This document shows positions 25,196 to 37,200 of a stretch of DNA of 64,000 bases, in pieces. Source of the stretch: Monocercomonoides exilis PA203 (Eukaryota; Protista; Preaxostyla); contig LSRY02000018.1 of the NCBI GenBank assembly GCA_001643675.2, positions 1,426,001 through 1,490,000 of the forward strand. The letters are read 5' to 3'. Position 1 is the first letter of the stretch. Each line of letters begins with the position of its first letter. The notes beneath the pieces are model-generated. The model saw only the letters and a list, made by a program, of their open reading frames with translations. It was not told the DNA's origin and made no database searches. Both the position numbers and the translations under genes were made by a program.

Positions 25196-26149
25196 TTGAA
25201 AAGTTTGTATAACTAATAATGGCAGAAGATCAATTATTGTTTTTAAACATTTTTTTGATCATTTTATGTAATGTTTATGTTGAATATAAACATCAGCATC
25301 ACCTTAGAAAATGTGAGTCCATATCAGTCAGTGCCCAGCACTGGTTTTTTTTTTTTTTTTTTATTTTTATTTTTTTTTTGTTTTTTTTTTCTTAAAAAAC
25401 AAACTATTATTTAAATTATGATCAGAAAAGGATAATATACTTTTCAATAATTTAAAATATTCATAACAAAAAATTCCTTCCAATTTACAATAAATAAACC
25501 ATGATTTATTATTTATTTATTTATTTGCTATTTCACATTTTGACAGAAGTCATATCATTCTATGCAAATTAACATCAAGATTTTCCAATTCATTTTTTAA
25601 TGTTTAAGAAGTTTTATTTTCAGTGTCTCATCTTCATTATTATTATTATTTTAAAATCTTTTAACCTAAGTGATTTTTCATGTTCAACAAGTTTTTACTT
25701 CGAAAGACATAATTATCATGATTTAATCATTTCTTTTGTGTAATTCTCAAAAAACAATTTGTTCGTTTTTTTATTAATAACTGATTATCTCTTCAACACA
25801 AAAAAATCATCCGATATGCTATTCGGTAAAAAATTGACGAGAATATTATTATCCAAGAATATAATCAAAAGCTCTTTTTTTTATGTAAATGTTAAAAAAC
25901 TAATTTCAATTTGAAAACAAAGTTTATTACAATTAAAACCTCCTAAATATTTTATTTGATTTTTCATTTAACTGTTTCTTTGATCCTTTCTGATAGTTTT
26001 TCGAAGGACATATGAAAAGTTAGTGAGCATAACAACGATTCGCATTGACTTTTTGATTTTCTTTATCCCTTTTTTTTTTTTAATTTTTATTTGGCTTTAT
26101 CTTTATCTTTTTCTATTTTTTCTTTCTCTTCTTATTCTTCTTCTTCTTC

Positions 26150-26960
26150 TTCTCTTCCATCTCTTCCACTAGCCAGAATCTCTTTTTAAACACGTAGCCC
26201 AAACTATTGCACCTTCCACCGGCACACCTCCTTCACTGGTCCACACTCCGACTCTGTCTCCCTGAACGGCTGCTGTCCTCTCAACATTTCCAGCTGAATC
26301 CCAACAGTGAACGAAACAGACTTCTCTGTCTCATTTGCATTGAACTATGCCTTCTCATCCACCCAGTTTCCCCTCCTCTCTTCCTCCTCCACAGCCTCTC
26401 CAATCTCAATTCCAATCTCAGCCCTGCTTTCCCTTCCTCACGGTTGCACTGCCACATCCTCCTCCACCACCCTGCTCCCCTTCCAAATCTTCGCAAAGAA
26501 TCCGCCCCTATTCTTTGAAGTCCTGCATCTCTGTATGGTTCGATTTACAAGTCTGCTTCTTTAACACTGCGCCCTCTAGCTCAAAGAGATCTCGCTGAGA
26601 GTCGTGTTCACATTCGTGAAGTTCCATTCCTGTATCTCAAACATCCCCCACCCTTCGTTCCTCCTTTCCTTCACCTTCTTCCCCTTCTTCGCCACATACA
26701 ACAGTTCTTCCACTGCTGCATCCTCCTCCTCCAGAAACACAAACACAGCAACCTCAAATTTCAACTACTGACACTGCACCTTCTGTCTCCTCCTTTGCAC
26801 GGTCAACGATCTTCAGCAGCCTAATTTGTAGAACCCACTTCCCATCAAAGCTTAAATGATCCTCCTCCTCTTCCACCAACCCTGCTGCAATATTCATTTA
26901 AGCCAGCATTTCCAACATGCCACCAAACTTCGTTGGTTCCATAAATCGCTCCCCTTCTCT

Positions 26961-26995
<35 letters not shown>

Positions 26996-27950
26996 ACTAC
27001 AATCATCGTCTGCTGCCTGTCCTCGACTTCCGAATTTGAAGCCCCATGCTCAAACGTCGAATGCGGTGCGCCTGAGCTTCCGAACCCAGGATACAATTTT
27101 CCCTCTGTATGCGATACATACACCACCACTAGCTGCCGCTCCATCAGATACACTAGCAAGTTCACCACAACACCTACCACCGACTTTCCTGCTCTCCTGC
27201 ACACCTTCCTCTGAACTTCTATTCACCCAACACGCCAGACATTCCTCCCACCCCACTATCTCAATCCCGTCCAGTTGCAATCTCGGTCCATCCTCAAAGG
27301 CATCCAGTTCCGTCATTTACCGCAATGCCAAGTTAAACCTTAAACACGCCTGCAATCTTCTCCCACTCAATGTCGTGTTTGATCTCATCTTCCAAGGCAC
27401 CACCACCTCGTGCGTTTAGCTCTTCAACACCCTATGCAGTGGCATTGTCAATAGCCACCCATCCCTTGATTCAGCCCTGATGTATTCACTGCTCCATCCC
27501 ACCGTGAACAGGAAAATAATCCTCACAAACCCCTGCATCTCAAACCATCTGCTATCTCCTTGCGGATCGCAGATTTCAATTGCTGGCTTTTCATGTTCTA
27601 GAGGAGCGTGAACATAAGGCACACAAACGCAAACTCCGCCATTGCTCAGTGCTCCATATGTATCAGCTGCTTGACATCCTGCTCCTATCATTTTCCTTTT
27701 TCTGCCATGCACTTCTCCAGCAACAGCTCATCCTGTATCACTTTGATCTCTTCCACAATCGTGTTCTGCAGCATCAACGACGCCCTCTCTCATTCAACAG
27801 CAAGAATTTCCATGCACAGCTCTTGAAGTATGATGCTCCCGACTCATGCCTGATCTCTTCAGAATCTCGATTAGCACGAACTTGCAACATCTGAGCTCAT
27901 TCCATTGTATGTGTGTATTCAGAAGCGTATCTTCAGAAAAATGAATTATC
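26150..27950 (-). pseudogene. Decayed relative of the receptor-pseudokinase family
   Basis: Minus strand near 26250-26345 reads ANETEKSVSFTVGIQLEMLRGQQPFRETESE, matching ATKKSVVFSIGMMLWECLTLEIPFGEYEAE in the 2593-aa protein. Many stops and frameshifts. Boundaries approximate. Confidence 0.6.
26965..26993 (+). repeat. C29 homopolymer (G29 on minus strand)
   Basis: 29 consecutive C residues. Confidence 0.95.
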
Positions 27951-28527
27951 ATTTGCCAAGTAAGCTTTGATGATCGAAAAGCATAAGAAAATTCTTATAA
28001 GAAAAAGAAACAGTCATTTCAGATTTCAAACTATAATTGCAAATTTTGGAAAAAATAAAGAACTTTGAAATGCATAACTGATGATAAAATAGTGCAAACT
28101 TTTTTTGAAAAATGCTTTATTGACTCGAACTGAGTCAGCAACAGGCAGTTACGTGAGTGCCTTGGTATTTATTCCACAAAAAATGATCACGACACAACCC
28201 ATTGTTCATATTAAAATAAAAAATGTACATTTAAAAAAAGAAAAATATAAAAAAACCTTTCAATAATGAAAGATGAATTACAAAAAAATATCAATTGCTC
28301 TTTGCATGTCTTGTTTTTCCATTTATACATATATATTTTTATAAGTGAATGGAATTTTTATTTGTCACGTCACGTCACTCCAAAAATGTTCTCGTCAGAA
28401 GGAATGTGATCCAGATGTTGAGTTGAATTATTCTTTATTTCATTTTTAAAATGCAATCTTCTTTGTCTATTTATGAAAACACACATAGATATATTTATTT
28501 GCAAGTCATGCATTTATTTCCACTATT

Positions 28528-28859
28528 ACAAGTGTTTATCATTGTGGACACTTTCAATAACTGTGGACAGTGGCATTATCTCAATAACTGTTGATCGTCT
28601 GTTTTTGACAATTAACCTAATTATTCCCTCAATGAATATGAACTTATAAGACATACAGAAATGAAACAACATTTTCTGAAAATTAAAAATGTTTTTTTCT
28701 AAATTCTGCAGAGAAAGTTGTTTCATTTCTGTATGTCTTATAAGTTCATATTCATTGAGGGAATAATTAGGTTAATTGTCAAAAACAGACGATCAACAGT
28801 TATTGAGATAATGCCACTGTCCACAGTTATTGAAAGTGTCCACAATGATAAACACTTGT
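28528..28859. repeat. Perfect long inverted repeat (143-bp arms, 46-bp spacer)
   Basis: 28528-28670 is the exact reverse complement of 28717-28859 (checked base by base). Pairing continues imperfectly to 28512/28875. Confidence 0.97.
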
Positions 28860-29960
28860 TATAATGGAAATGAATTTTCATTCCTTATTAATTATTGTTC
28901 AGAAAAAGAGCATGCGAAATAAATTTGAAAAAAAAAGACAATTTGTTTTAATAAAGGTTCCATTTTCATTTTACGTGTTTATAAAAAATAATAATTTTGT
29001 ATTTGGGCTCAAAAGCCTTGAATTATAAATGTTTTTTTTTATTTATTCAAAAAAAAAAAAAAAATAAATAAAATAAAAAAAAAATAAAAGAATTTTATTT
29101 TTAAATATGGGGGAAAATACGATCTTTCAAGCGTTTTTTGCACAAGGCATAGAAAAATTGCTTCACTCTTAACTTTATTTTTCTTTATTAGATTTCAAAA
29201 TAAATTTGATTTCCATATACAAAAACAGATGTCATTGAAATCAAAACAAAAAGTATTATGATATTTGATGAATGTTAAAAAATGAGCCCATTTTCATTGT
29301 GTTTTTTGATTTTAAGAAGTCAATGAAAAGTGCATATATTTTCAATGAAAATGCTTGAAGCAAAATATTTTGCACCATATCTTCTCAACGAACAGGAACA
29401 ATAAAAAATGCAAACATCAAACTTTTCATATGTTATATTAGAAAATGAATTTCCTTCAAAGATGCTTTTCATAAAAATCATCTCGCTTAATTCCATTATG
29501 AATGTCTAGTTGTAGCTGTCTCATTCCACCACGCAAAATAATATTACCTGCTCTGCAGAAAGTATTTATTCACCAACATCAATTTTTAACAAGGAATATT
29601 TTTGTTCTTTCAAACGAAATGATAGGAATGTCCATTATAACAAACCAACAAAGATTTATCGTTTTTTCTTTCTTTCTTTGTTATTCCTTCTCAAAAATGC
29701 AAATGCAAAAAGACCTGGTTTAACCACTTATATTATCATCGTTGCTTTGAGCTTTTGTTTTGCTCCAATTTATTCCATCCAAAAAATATTCAAATTCAAA
29801 TCAAATGACGAATTTTCGTTTTTTTCTGGCTGCGATGTATTTTCAAAAATGCGGGAAACGGATAACACAAAAAAGTTCACTGGTGCGCAAATGTTGTTTC
29901 ATTTTAATTCTTGATTATTGATATTTTTTCTTTCTTTCTTTCTTTTCTTTTTTTGATGAC

Positions 29961-31268
29961 TTGTTTTCTGAACTGGAGCATTGCAATGAAAGTGAACAGA
30001 GAAAGAAAATCGAAAAAATGAATGAAATAATTAATGAAATGGATGAAGAAGAATTCAATTCCATTTTCACAATGGTGCTGTTCAATGAAATGGACAAAAT
30101 GATTGAAGAAAGGAAGCTTTCCATGAAAAATGCAATCTTGTTGTTGAAGATCGTTGGATATTGCAAAGTTATAAAAAGCATATGGAGTCTGAATTTAAAA
30201 AAAAATTTGTTGTGCAAAAGATTTGAGAAGATGATAATTGAAGAAAAAAAGAAAAAAGAAGAGAAGAATGAAAAGCTTTGGGTTGATCTTTGTGAATGTT
30301 ATCTTATGCTCTTTGAAAACATTTCAAAAGAAATGTTATCAATAAACTTGCCTTGTCTTCTGAAAGTTGCATTGAACAAAGAGGAAAATGAGGAAACGCA
30401 AAAAGAAGTGGAAATTGCTTTGATGGCACTGAACAATATTGGGTACGATAAGGCATGATTTATTCATTGACTGATAAATTGAATTTTTTTTTATAATTAG
30501 TTTATCGAACAAAAATTGTATTTGGATGAAATAAAAGAGATCATCAAATATCATCAAAAGCATTTCAACCTCACTCGTCTTGCCTATCAATCTGCTTGGG
30601 AGTTTTTGATCAAACTGATGCACATATTCGAAACATCAAAAGAAGTCATCACGAATGAGCTGCATTTGGGGAGAGAAGCAGCCAGAGAACTGGAAGAGTT
30701 GAGAAAGTGTGTTGATTGGAAGAGAGAGAAAGAAGAGGGAAATGGAGAAGGGGAAGCAAAAGAAGTTTGTATTATTAGGAGATGGCTCTGTGCATTTTTT
30801 GATTTCTTTCTCTCGTGCAGATCATGTAATGAAGAGTTTGTTGAACTTATCAGAAGCATTGTTCAAATGTTTCGAGCATCAATGGATAGAAACGGAACAA
30901 TTTGCAACTGGAGCATTAGCCTATTAAGAGGAGCAGCAAAAAGCGGAGCTGTGAAAATTGATTACTTGCTGAAAGGAGGAGCAGTTGATAACATTTTGGT
31001 GGAGATTCAAAAACCAACGTTGAACGAAAGAGTAACATTTGATTACTTGGAATTCTTCTTCTATATTTTAATACGATCGAAAATAAAAGAGTTTGATGAA
31101 ATGGAAGAAGTGAACAGAAAGGTAACCAAAAGGAAGATATTTGAAAAGATTGAAGAAGAAGGATGCGAAGATATCATCACAAGCTTATATGAGGCTTTAG
31201 AATTTTTTAAAAGAAATTATGATCATTCGTTATCTTTGAATATTGCTGATTATCTTGTGAATGTTTGA
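29961..31268 (+). CDS. Orphan alpha-helical (possibly ARM/HEAT-like) protein, copy A of a paralog pair
   Basis: ORFs 29961-30458 and 30516-31268 are joined in frame by a GC-AG intron at 30453-30500. Collinear similarity to copy B (32558-33890). A probable upstream exon starts at ATG 29849. Confidence 0.7.
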
Positions 31269-32397
31269 GGAAATGAAATTCTTCAAATTTCATGACTCAC
31301 AATTTTTGCTTTTTCTTTTTTACTCATTTCACAAAACGGTACAAAAGTCAATTTTCATATGTTTGTTTTAAAAGTGATTTAGGGCTATAATTTTATCTTG
31401 ACCTTTTTCTTTTTTGCAACACTTTTAGCTTTACACAAGCCTGCGATAAATAAAAAATAACCAGAAATGTTTGAAATGTTTTAATTTCCTTATTCTATAT
31501 TTTTTTTTCAATATTTCTTGTTTACCAAAAAGATCGAGGATTGTAATAATTTTATGTTTTGATCATTGACTTGCTGCTTTTTCAGCGAATATTTTTTATC
31601 AGAAGTTTTAAGCTTTCATATCATAATACATCGTTCTTTTTTATATGTTTTGGTTGTTTAAACTTTCTCAACTTGTTTTTTTAACACTTTTTCTCATTTC
31701 ATACATTTTTTCAAAAAACACGATTTTAAAGACAAATATGAATTAGTTTTTAAATTTATTGAAATGATAAATAAACATAATTAAAATAAAACGATTCTTG
31801 TATGAAAAAATGATTATTTGTTTGTATATGTTTGATAATTAAAATAACAAAAAAATCATATGTACTTGCTTTTTAGTTAATATTCTTGAAAAGTTCCTTT
31901 TCATTTCAATGCTTAATACAAATAAACGATAAATAAGATTTTGAATATTTTTTTCATTTACATAAAATTTGACACAAACACTTGTTTATAGAAAAAATCG
32001 TGTTTTATACAAAAACAGTGATATGAGAAAAAAAGGTCAAAAATAAATAAGAAAATGTTAAAAACAAGTAAAAATAGTAATATAGGAATGCGGAATTATG
32101 ATGCTTTTAATAAAAACGTTCAGTATGAAATATTCGTTTCACAGCCAGCAAGTCTTTGATCTGGGTCCTAAAATTATATAAATTTTAAATAATTTTTAGT
32201 ACATAAAAATCACAAAAAATTTTTTAACAGAATTCTGAAAAACATAAATATCAAGAAGTCTATTTATTTTGTTTTTGTTATTAGCCTTTTCACAAATCAA
32301 AAAAGCAAAAATAAGTTTCAAAAAAATAGGGTTGAGATAAAAAATTGAGGTCAAGATAAAATATGCACCCTATAATCCCGATTTATCAAAATGAAGT

Positions 32398-32500
32398 AAA
32401 AAAAAAAAAAAAAAAAAAAGAAGAAGAAGAAGAGGAGGAGGAGGAAGAAGAGGAAGAAGAGGAAGAAGAGGAAGAAGAGGAAGAAGAGGAGGAGGAGGAA
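32398..32500 (+). repeat. Poly-A followed by (GAA/GAG)n purine tract
   Basis: A run of about 22 A, then gaagaag...gaggaagaagag repeats. Confidence 0.85.
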
Positions 32501-32557
32501 GTGGAAGATTGAATACATTGGAGCGCTAACTTGTTTTTGAAAGTTACACTTCAAAGC

Positions 32558-33890
32558 TTAATGAGATATGAGATAATCCAAAAAATCCACAGAAATGTTT
32601 GAATAATAACTTAATTCAAAAAACATTCCATAGCAGCTGAAAATGAAGTCATCGTATCCTTCTTCTTCCATCCTTTCAATAATCTCATTTTTGACAACCT
32701 TTCTGATCATTTGCTCTTCCTTTTCGTAATTTTTATCTTTTCTTTCTTTGTTTGTTGTTTCTTTCAATCGTTTTGCAATGAGACGAAATACGAACAAGAA
32801 ATTTAACCATGCTCTGTTGTCTATTGTCGACTGCTGCATCTGCTCCAAAAGAGTGTCAATGAAACCACTTTTCATCAAATCACCAGCAGAAATAGCTTCA
32901 TTCCGGGCGATAGTTTCAAACAACTCAATTCTTGCTCTGTGAAAATCTTCATCAAAATCTTTAGCATTTTTGTGAAGCTGTATAACGCTTGCAATCAGTT
33001 GTGTATCCTTTTCATCTCTCAATTTGTTGCCTTGAAAGTAACGGTGGACTGTGGCAAACCACCTTTCAATAAAAATTCTTTCCATTTTTTGTTTTTCACA
33101 ATTTTCATTCTTCTTCCAATCACTGTATTGGGCAAGCTCTTCTCTCTCTTGCTGTCTCTCTCGTAAAATGCAACTCATTCACAATTACAGTTGCCAAGCT
33201 ATCATCGTTCTCAAATCTGAATATCAAAAAACTCCATGCAGACTGATGCGCAAGTCGCGTCAGATTGCGATGCTTCTGATGATGTTGGATGATTTCTTTG
33301 ATTTCATTCACATACAGCTCTTTTCTCTTATCCTTAGAAAATGGAAAAAATCAATAATATCAAAAATGAAACAAAAATGCTCATACGTAATACGCGTCAA
33401 TGCAACTCAAAGCCAACAATGCTATTTCCACTTCTTTTTGTACTTCTTCGTTTTGCTCTTTCGTTAATGCGACTTTCAAAATATGTGGCACACATATTTC
33501 AGTCATTGTTTCTGGAAGTTCCATATATTCGTATTTTAACGAAAGGTCACATCCACAAAGATCAACAAGCAGCTTTCCGTTTTTAACTTCTTTTTTCTGT
33601 TCTTCTTCAATAATCATCTTCTCAAATCGTAATTGCAAAAAAGAATTATTAAAACTGCTGTTCCAAATTCTTTCTAACGCTTTGCGATAACTAATATGCT
33701 TCAACAACAAAATTGCGTGATCTAAAAACAATTTCTTTTCTTCAATTATTTTGTCTATTTTGTTGAATAATTCTTTCGTGAAAAAAGAATCAAATTCTTC
33801 TTTATCCATTTCATCCATTTGTCCATTCATTTCTTCAACTTTTTGTTTCTGTTCTCCTTCAGAGCAATTTTCATGCAAAGAAAACAACAT
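32558..33890 (-). pseudogene. Copy B of the orphan helical protein family, frameshifted
   Basis: MLFSLHENCSEGEQKQKVEEMN...KEVEIALLALSCI, GT-AG intron 33333-33386, then NEIKEIIQHHQKHRNLTRLAHQSAW. The frame shifts in a (GA)n run near 33140-33150 (ELHFTRETARE/EELAQ). Could be an assembly error. Confidence 0.65.
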
Positions 33891-34282
33891 TTCAAATCTC
33901 AGAAAACTTTTGAAATTAAAAGCAATAAATAACAGATTATATAAGCGTACCACAGAGATTATCCATATTCGATGATTTCAGCAGTTTTAATGTCTTTTTC
34001 ATTACAGTTATGCAACATGAAAAAAAACCGCAATTGAATAACAAAAGCATAATCAAATTTTCCAGATGGTTTTAATATGAAATTGGAATAAAAGCATTCG
34101 AATTTGTTCCATTTTCAATTCTTTTCCAAGAAAATACAACAGAATAATTCAAATTCTACTTTGTGTATATATTTTTTTGAAAATGGTAATAAATAATACA
34201 TTCATTTTCAAAATACCATAATCGAAAGAATTTTTTTAAACAAAAGTTTTCAAATTTCTGTTCCGAAGACTGCTTTGGAGCT

Positions 34283-37200
34283 ATGACCTTTTTCATATTG
34301 CTGTTATTTTTGTTCACAGAAACAAGGAAAGAATGGTATTCTTTGAATTGTAAGTCGTTGGAGCACTTGTTTTTAAATTATTTGCCATTCTCAATATCAC
34401 AAAGCGGAGAGTTAATAATAGATCCTCAAAACAAGGAAGATTTTCGCTTTAAATCATTACCTACATGTTCCTATACTTGTGACTCTTTCATATGCATTGG
34501 CTTTAGCGTTGTTTCATCAATTAACCAAGTTGTTAATTCTTCGCTCTCTGTAACGCAATTGTGTTTGCATCAAAAAAGAGGAAATGCACTAATTAATGTA
34601 CGGCAAGGTTCAAAGTGCAGAATGAATCTGTGCGCTGTGCACTTGAACGAATTTTCAAAAGAACCAATTTATTCTTCGTGTAGCATCCTTGAATTTGTAA
34701 ATCTATCTTTTTCGTTTTTTTCACACAAAAACATTGTATCAAACAGTATGGTGAATTTGTGGCATGAGAGTTCGCTAATTGTCCAGTCATCATCATTTTC
34801 TTCAATTACTATTCAAATGAGCAATCCTTTTCTTGCCTCGGGCGATTTCGATTGTGTTTCAACTTCTGATTGCTGTTTTAAAAACATTAGCAATTTGATT
34901 GCTCCAAATAAAGAACATCCGTTTTATTTGAAAACAAAAGAGAGCATTGTTTTTGGATGCAATTTTTTAGGAGTTGAAAGCCCATTTTGCTCTGTACTCG
35001 CAATTGGCAGACCACTATCATCATTTGTTTGTTGCAATACATCATTTTCTGCTTGCACAGTAACCGAGCATAACAGACGAGTTTTTGACAGCTCCGACGG
35101 GGATGTTGTGGTCGAGCAGACAACATTCAATGTAAATGGTAACGATATGTATGGAGGGACAATATATGCATACGGGACGAAATCATTCACAATTAGAGGA
35201 TGCTTCTTCGACAGATGTAATAACACTCATCCAAAAGGTGATGGGGGAGTTCTTTGCTTTCAAAATGTTGGCCCATTACTGATTCAGAATTGTACAGCTG
35301 AAAAATGCAACGCAACATCAGGAGAAGGATTAATGCGAATTGAAAATTATTTTGATTCTGTAACAATCACAAATTTGAATTCAACACAATGTGAAGCCGA
35401 TCTCCGAGGAGTTGGTTTAATTTTAGGATCAACATCTCCTGTGATTTGTTCAAGTTTAAAAATGATTCAAAGCAAAAGCAGAAAAGAAGAAGCAGGCGCT
35501 TTAATGTTATATCAAACTTTTTCTTCAATAACTATCAATGACTGGTTCATAAATTCAAATTTTGCTTATTCGATTGGAGGAGGAATTTATGTAATGAGGA
35601 ATGATAGTATTGCAGTTAATGCATTGATATTTTCATATTGTTTCTTTGTTAACAATTCAGCACAAATCGGAAATGATATAGCTTTTTCAGAAAATTATTA
35701 CAACATTATTAACTCATCTTGCTTTTTGTATTGCTTTTCGCTGAGTGAACAGAACAGAGTGTGGATGTGCACACAAGGATACCGTGAATGCACAAATGGA
35801 GAAAAGCGAAATTCTCTCCTTCCAAATCCATCTGAAACTGTTATTCATGTGGATCCAACACGAGGGTCTGGAGATGTGGCGGGATGTGGAGATTTTTCAA
35901 ATGAATGCAGCACACTGGGCTATTCTTGCAAACAGTGGATAAACTCATATCATCTTTCAGTCAAACTATATTCTGGAGAATATGCAGAGGATTCAATTTC
36001 ACTCGCTTTTCAGAACATAATCATTGAAAAGAACATTTCTTCATCGAGAATAACAATCCACACAATTCCATCGAGCAGCGCATTTTGCACTCTTGCGGGT
36101 GGATCGTTAGACATCTCTGGAATTCAAATCATCCACAGTCCAGTATCTTCTTCAGACAAATGCATTTTTTCTGAGGACAATGAGTATTCTGTGCTTGTGC
36201 TGAACGAGTGCTCGTTAAAGGCTGATTCAACTTCATCTTCATTCAACAAACCGTTTTTTGTGCTGACAAAGGGTGAAGCTTCTCTCGAGAGTTGTGAGAT
36301 ATCTTCTGTGCTTTTTGAGAGCACATCGTTGTTTACCACAGAAAAGCAAGCACGTCTTACTCTGAGCAATGTGAAGATATCGATGATCAGCCGCAGGATA
36401 GGCGATGGCTCAATGTTCAGTAAGGCTGTCCAAGCAGAAGAGAGCTTTGTGCTTTCGAATGTCTCTTTGGAGAACTGCAAGTGTCTCGACGGAAATGGAG
36501 GAGCGCTGTATCTGGAGCTGAATGCACACAGCACAACGCAGATTGGGGTGGATTCTGGTTGCTTGTTCGACACATGCACTGTTCCCACAGACAGCCGGAA
36601 AAAGAGAAAAGGAGGAGGAATCTATCTTTGCCTTAGGGAAGGAGCTGGAGACTTCCAGCTCAAATCAGTTCAGTTTTCTGGATGCAACAGCTGGAAAGGG
36701 AAGAATGTTTTTATTGAAAGTGCAGAACTGCTCAGAACAGCAAACGCAAACACAATTGGTTTTCATCCAGTGATTGGGATTGGCATCACAGATTTTGATG
36801 AGCTGAGCGGGATGGAAAATGGGGATCAATCATTTATTTTCCCGCTTGCTCTGTTTCTGAGGAACTTCACTTCTCCAGCTTATGTGTCTGGGCAGACCAC
36901 TGATAACAACTATCGCCTCTGCGGATTTAGTGACTATCCGTGTCAGAGCGTGGTAGGCGCTTCAGCTGCGCGATTTGCGAACACAAAGAGAAATATTCGC
37001 TTTCTGCCTTCCTTTTCCTTCCGAACAGAAACACTCCTCAACAGTCAATCGTATGCGTTTGATGTTGAAAAAGACAATACGTCAATCAATGTTGGCTCCT
37101 CGCAAGCGAAAGTGAGTGAAGGGCTTCTGATCAATTCTGTGGAGACAAGTTTCAGCAAAATCAAGTTTGTGCTCGAGGCATCTTTGAATGGGAGGAGCGC

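Noticed and set aside
28528-28600. Short direct repeats (tgtggaca, tcaataactgt) as a CRISPR array
   Set aside because: Only two short copies, no repeat-spacer periodicity, no cas genes, and a eukaryotic context.
28526-28726. 66-aa ORF inside the inverted repeat
   Set aside because: Short, no recognisable features, and lies within the palindrome; likely chance.
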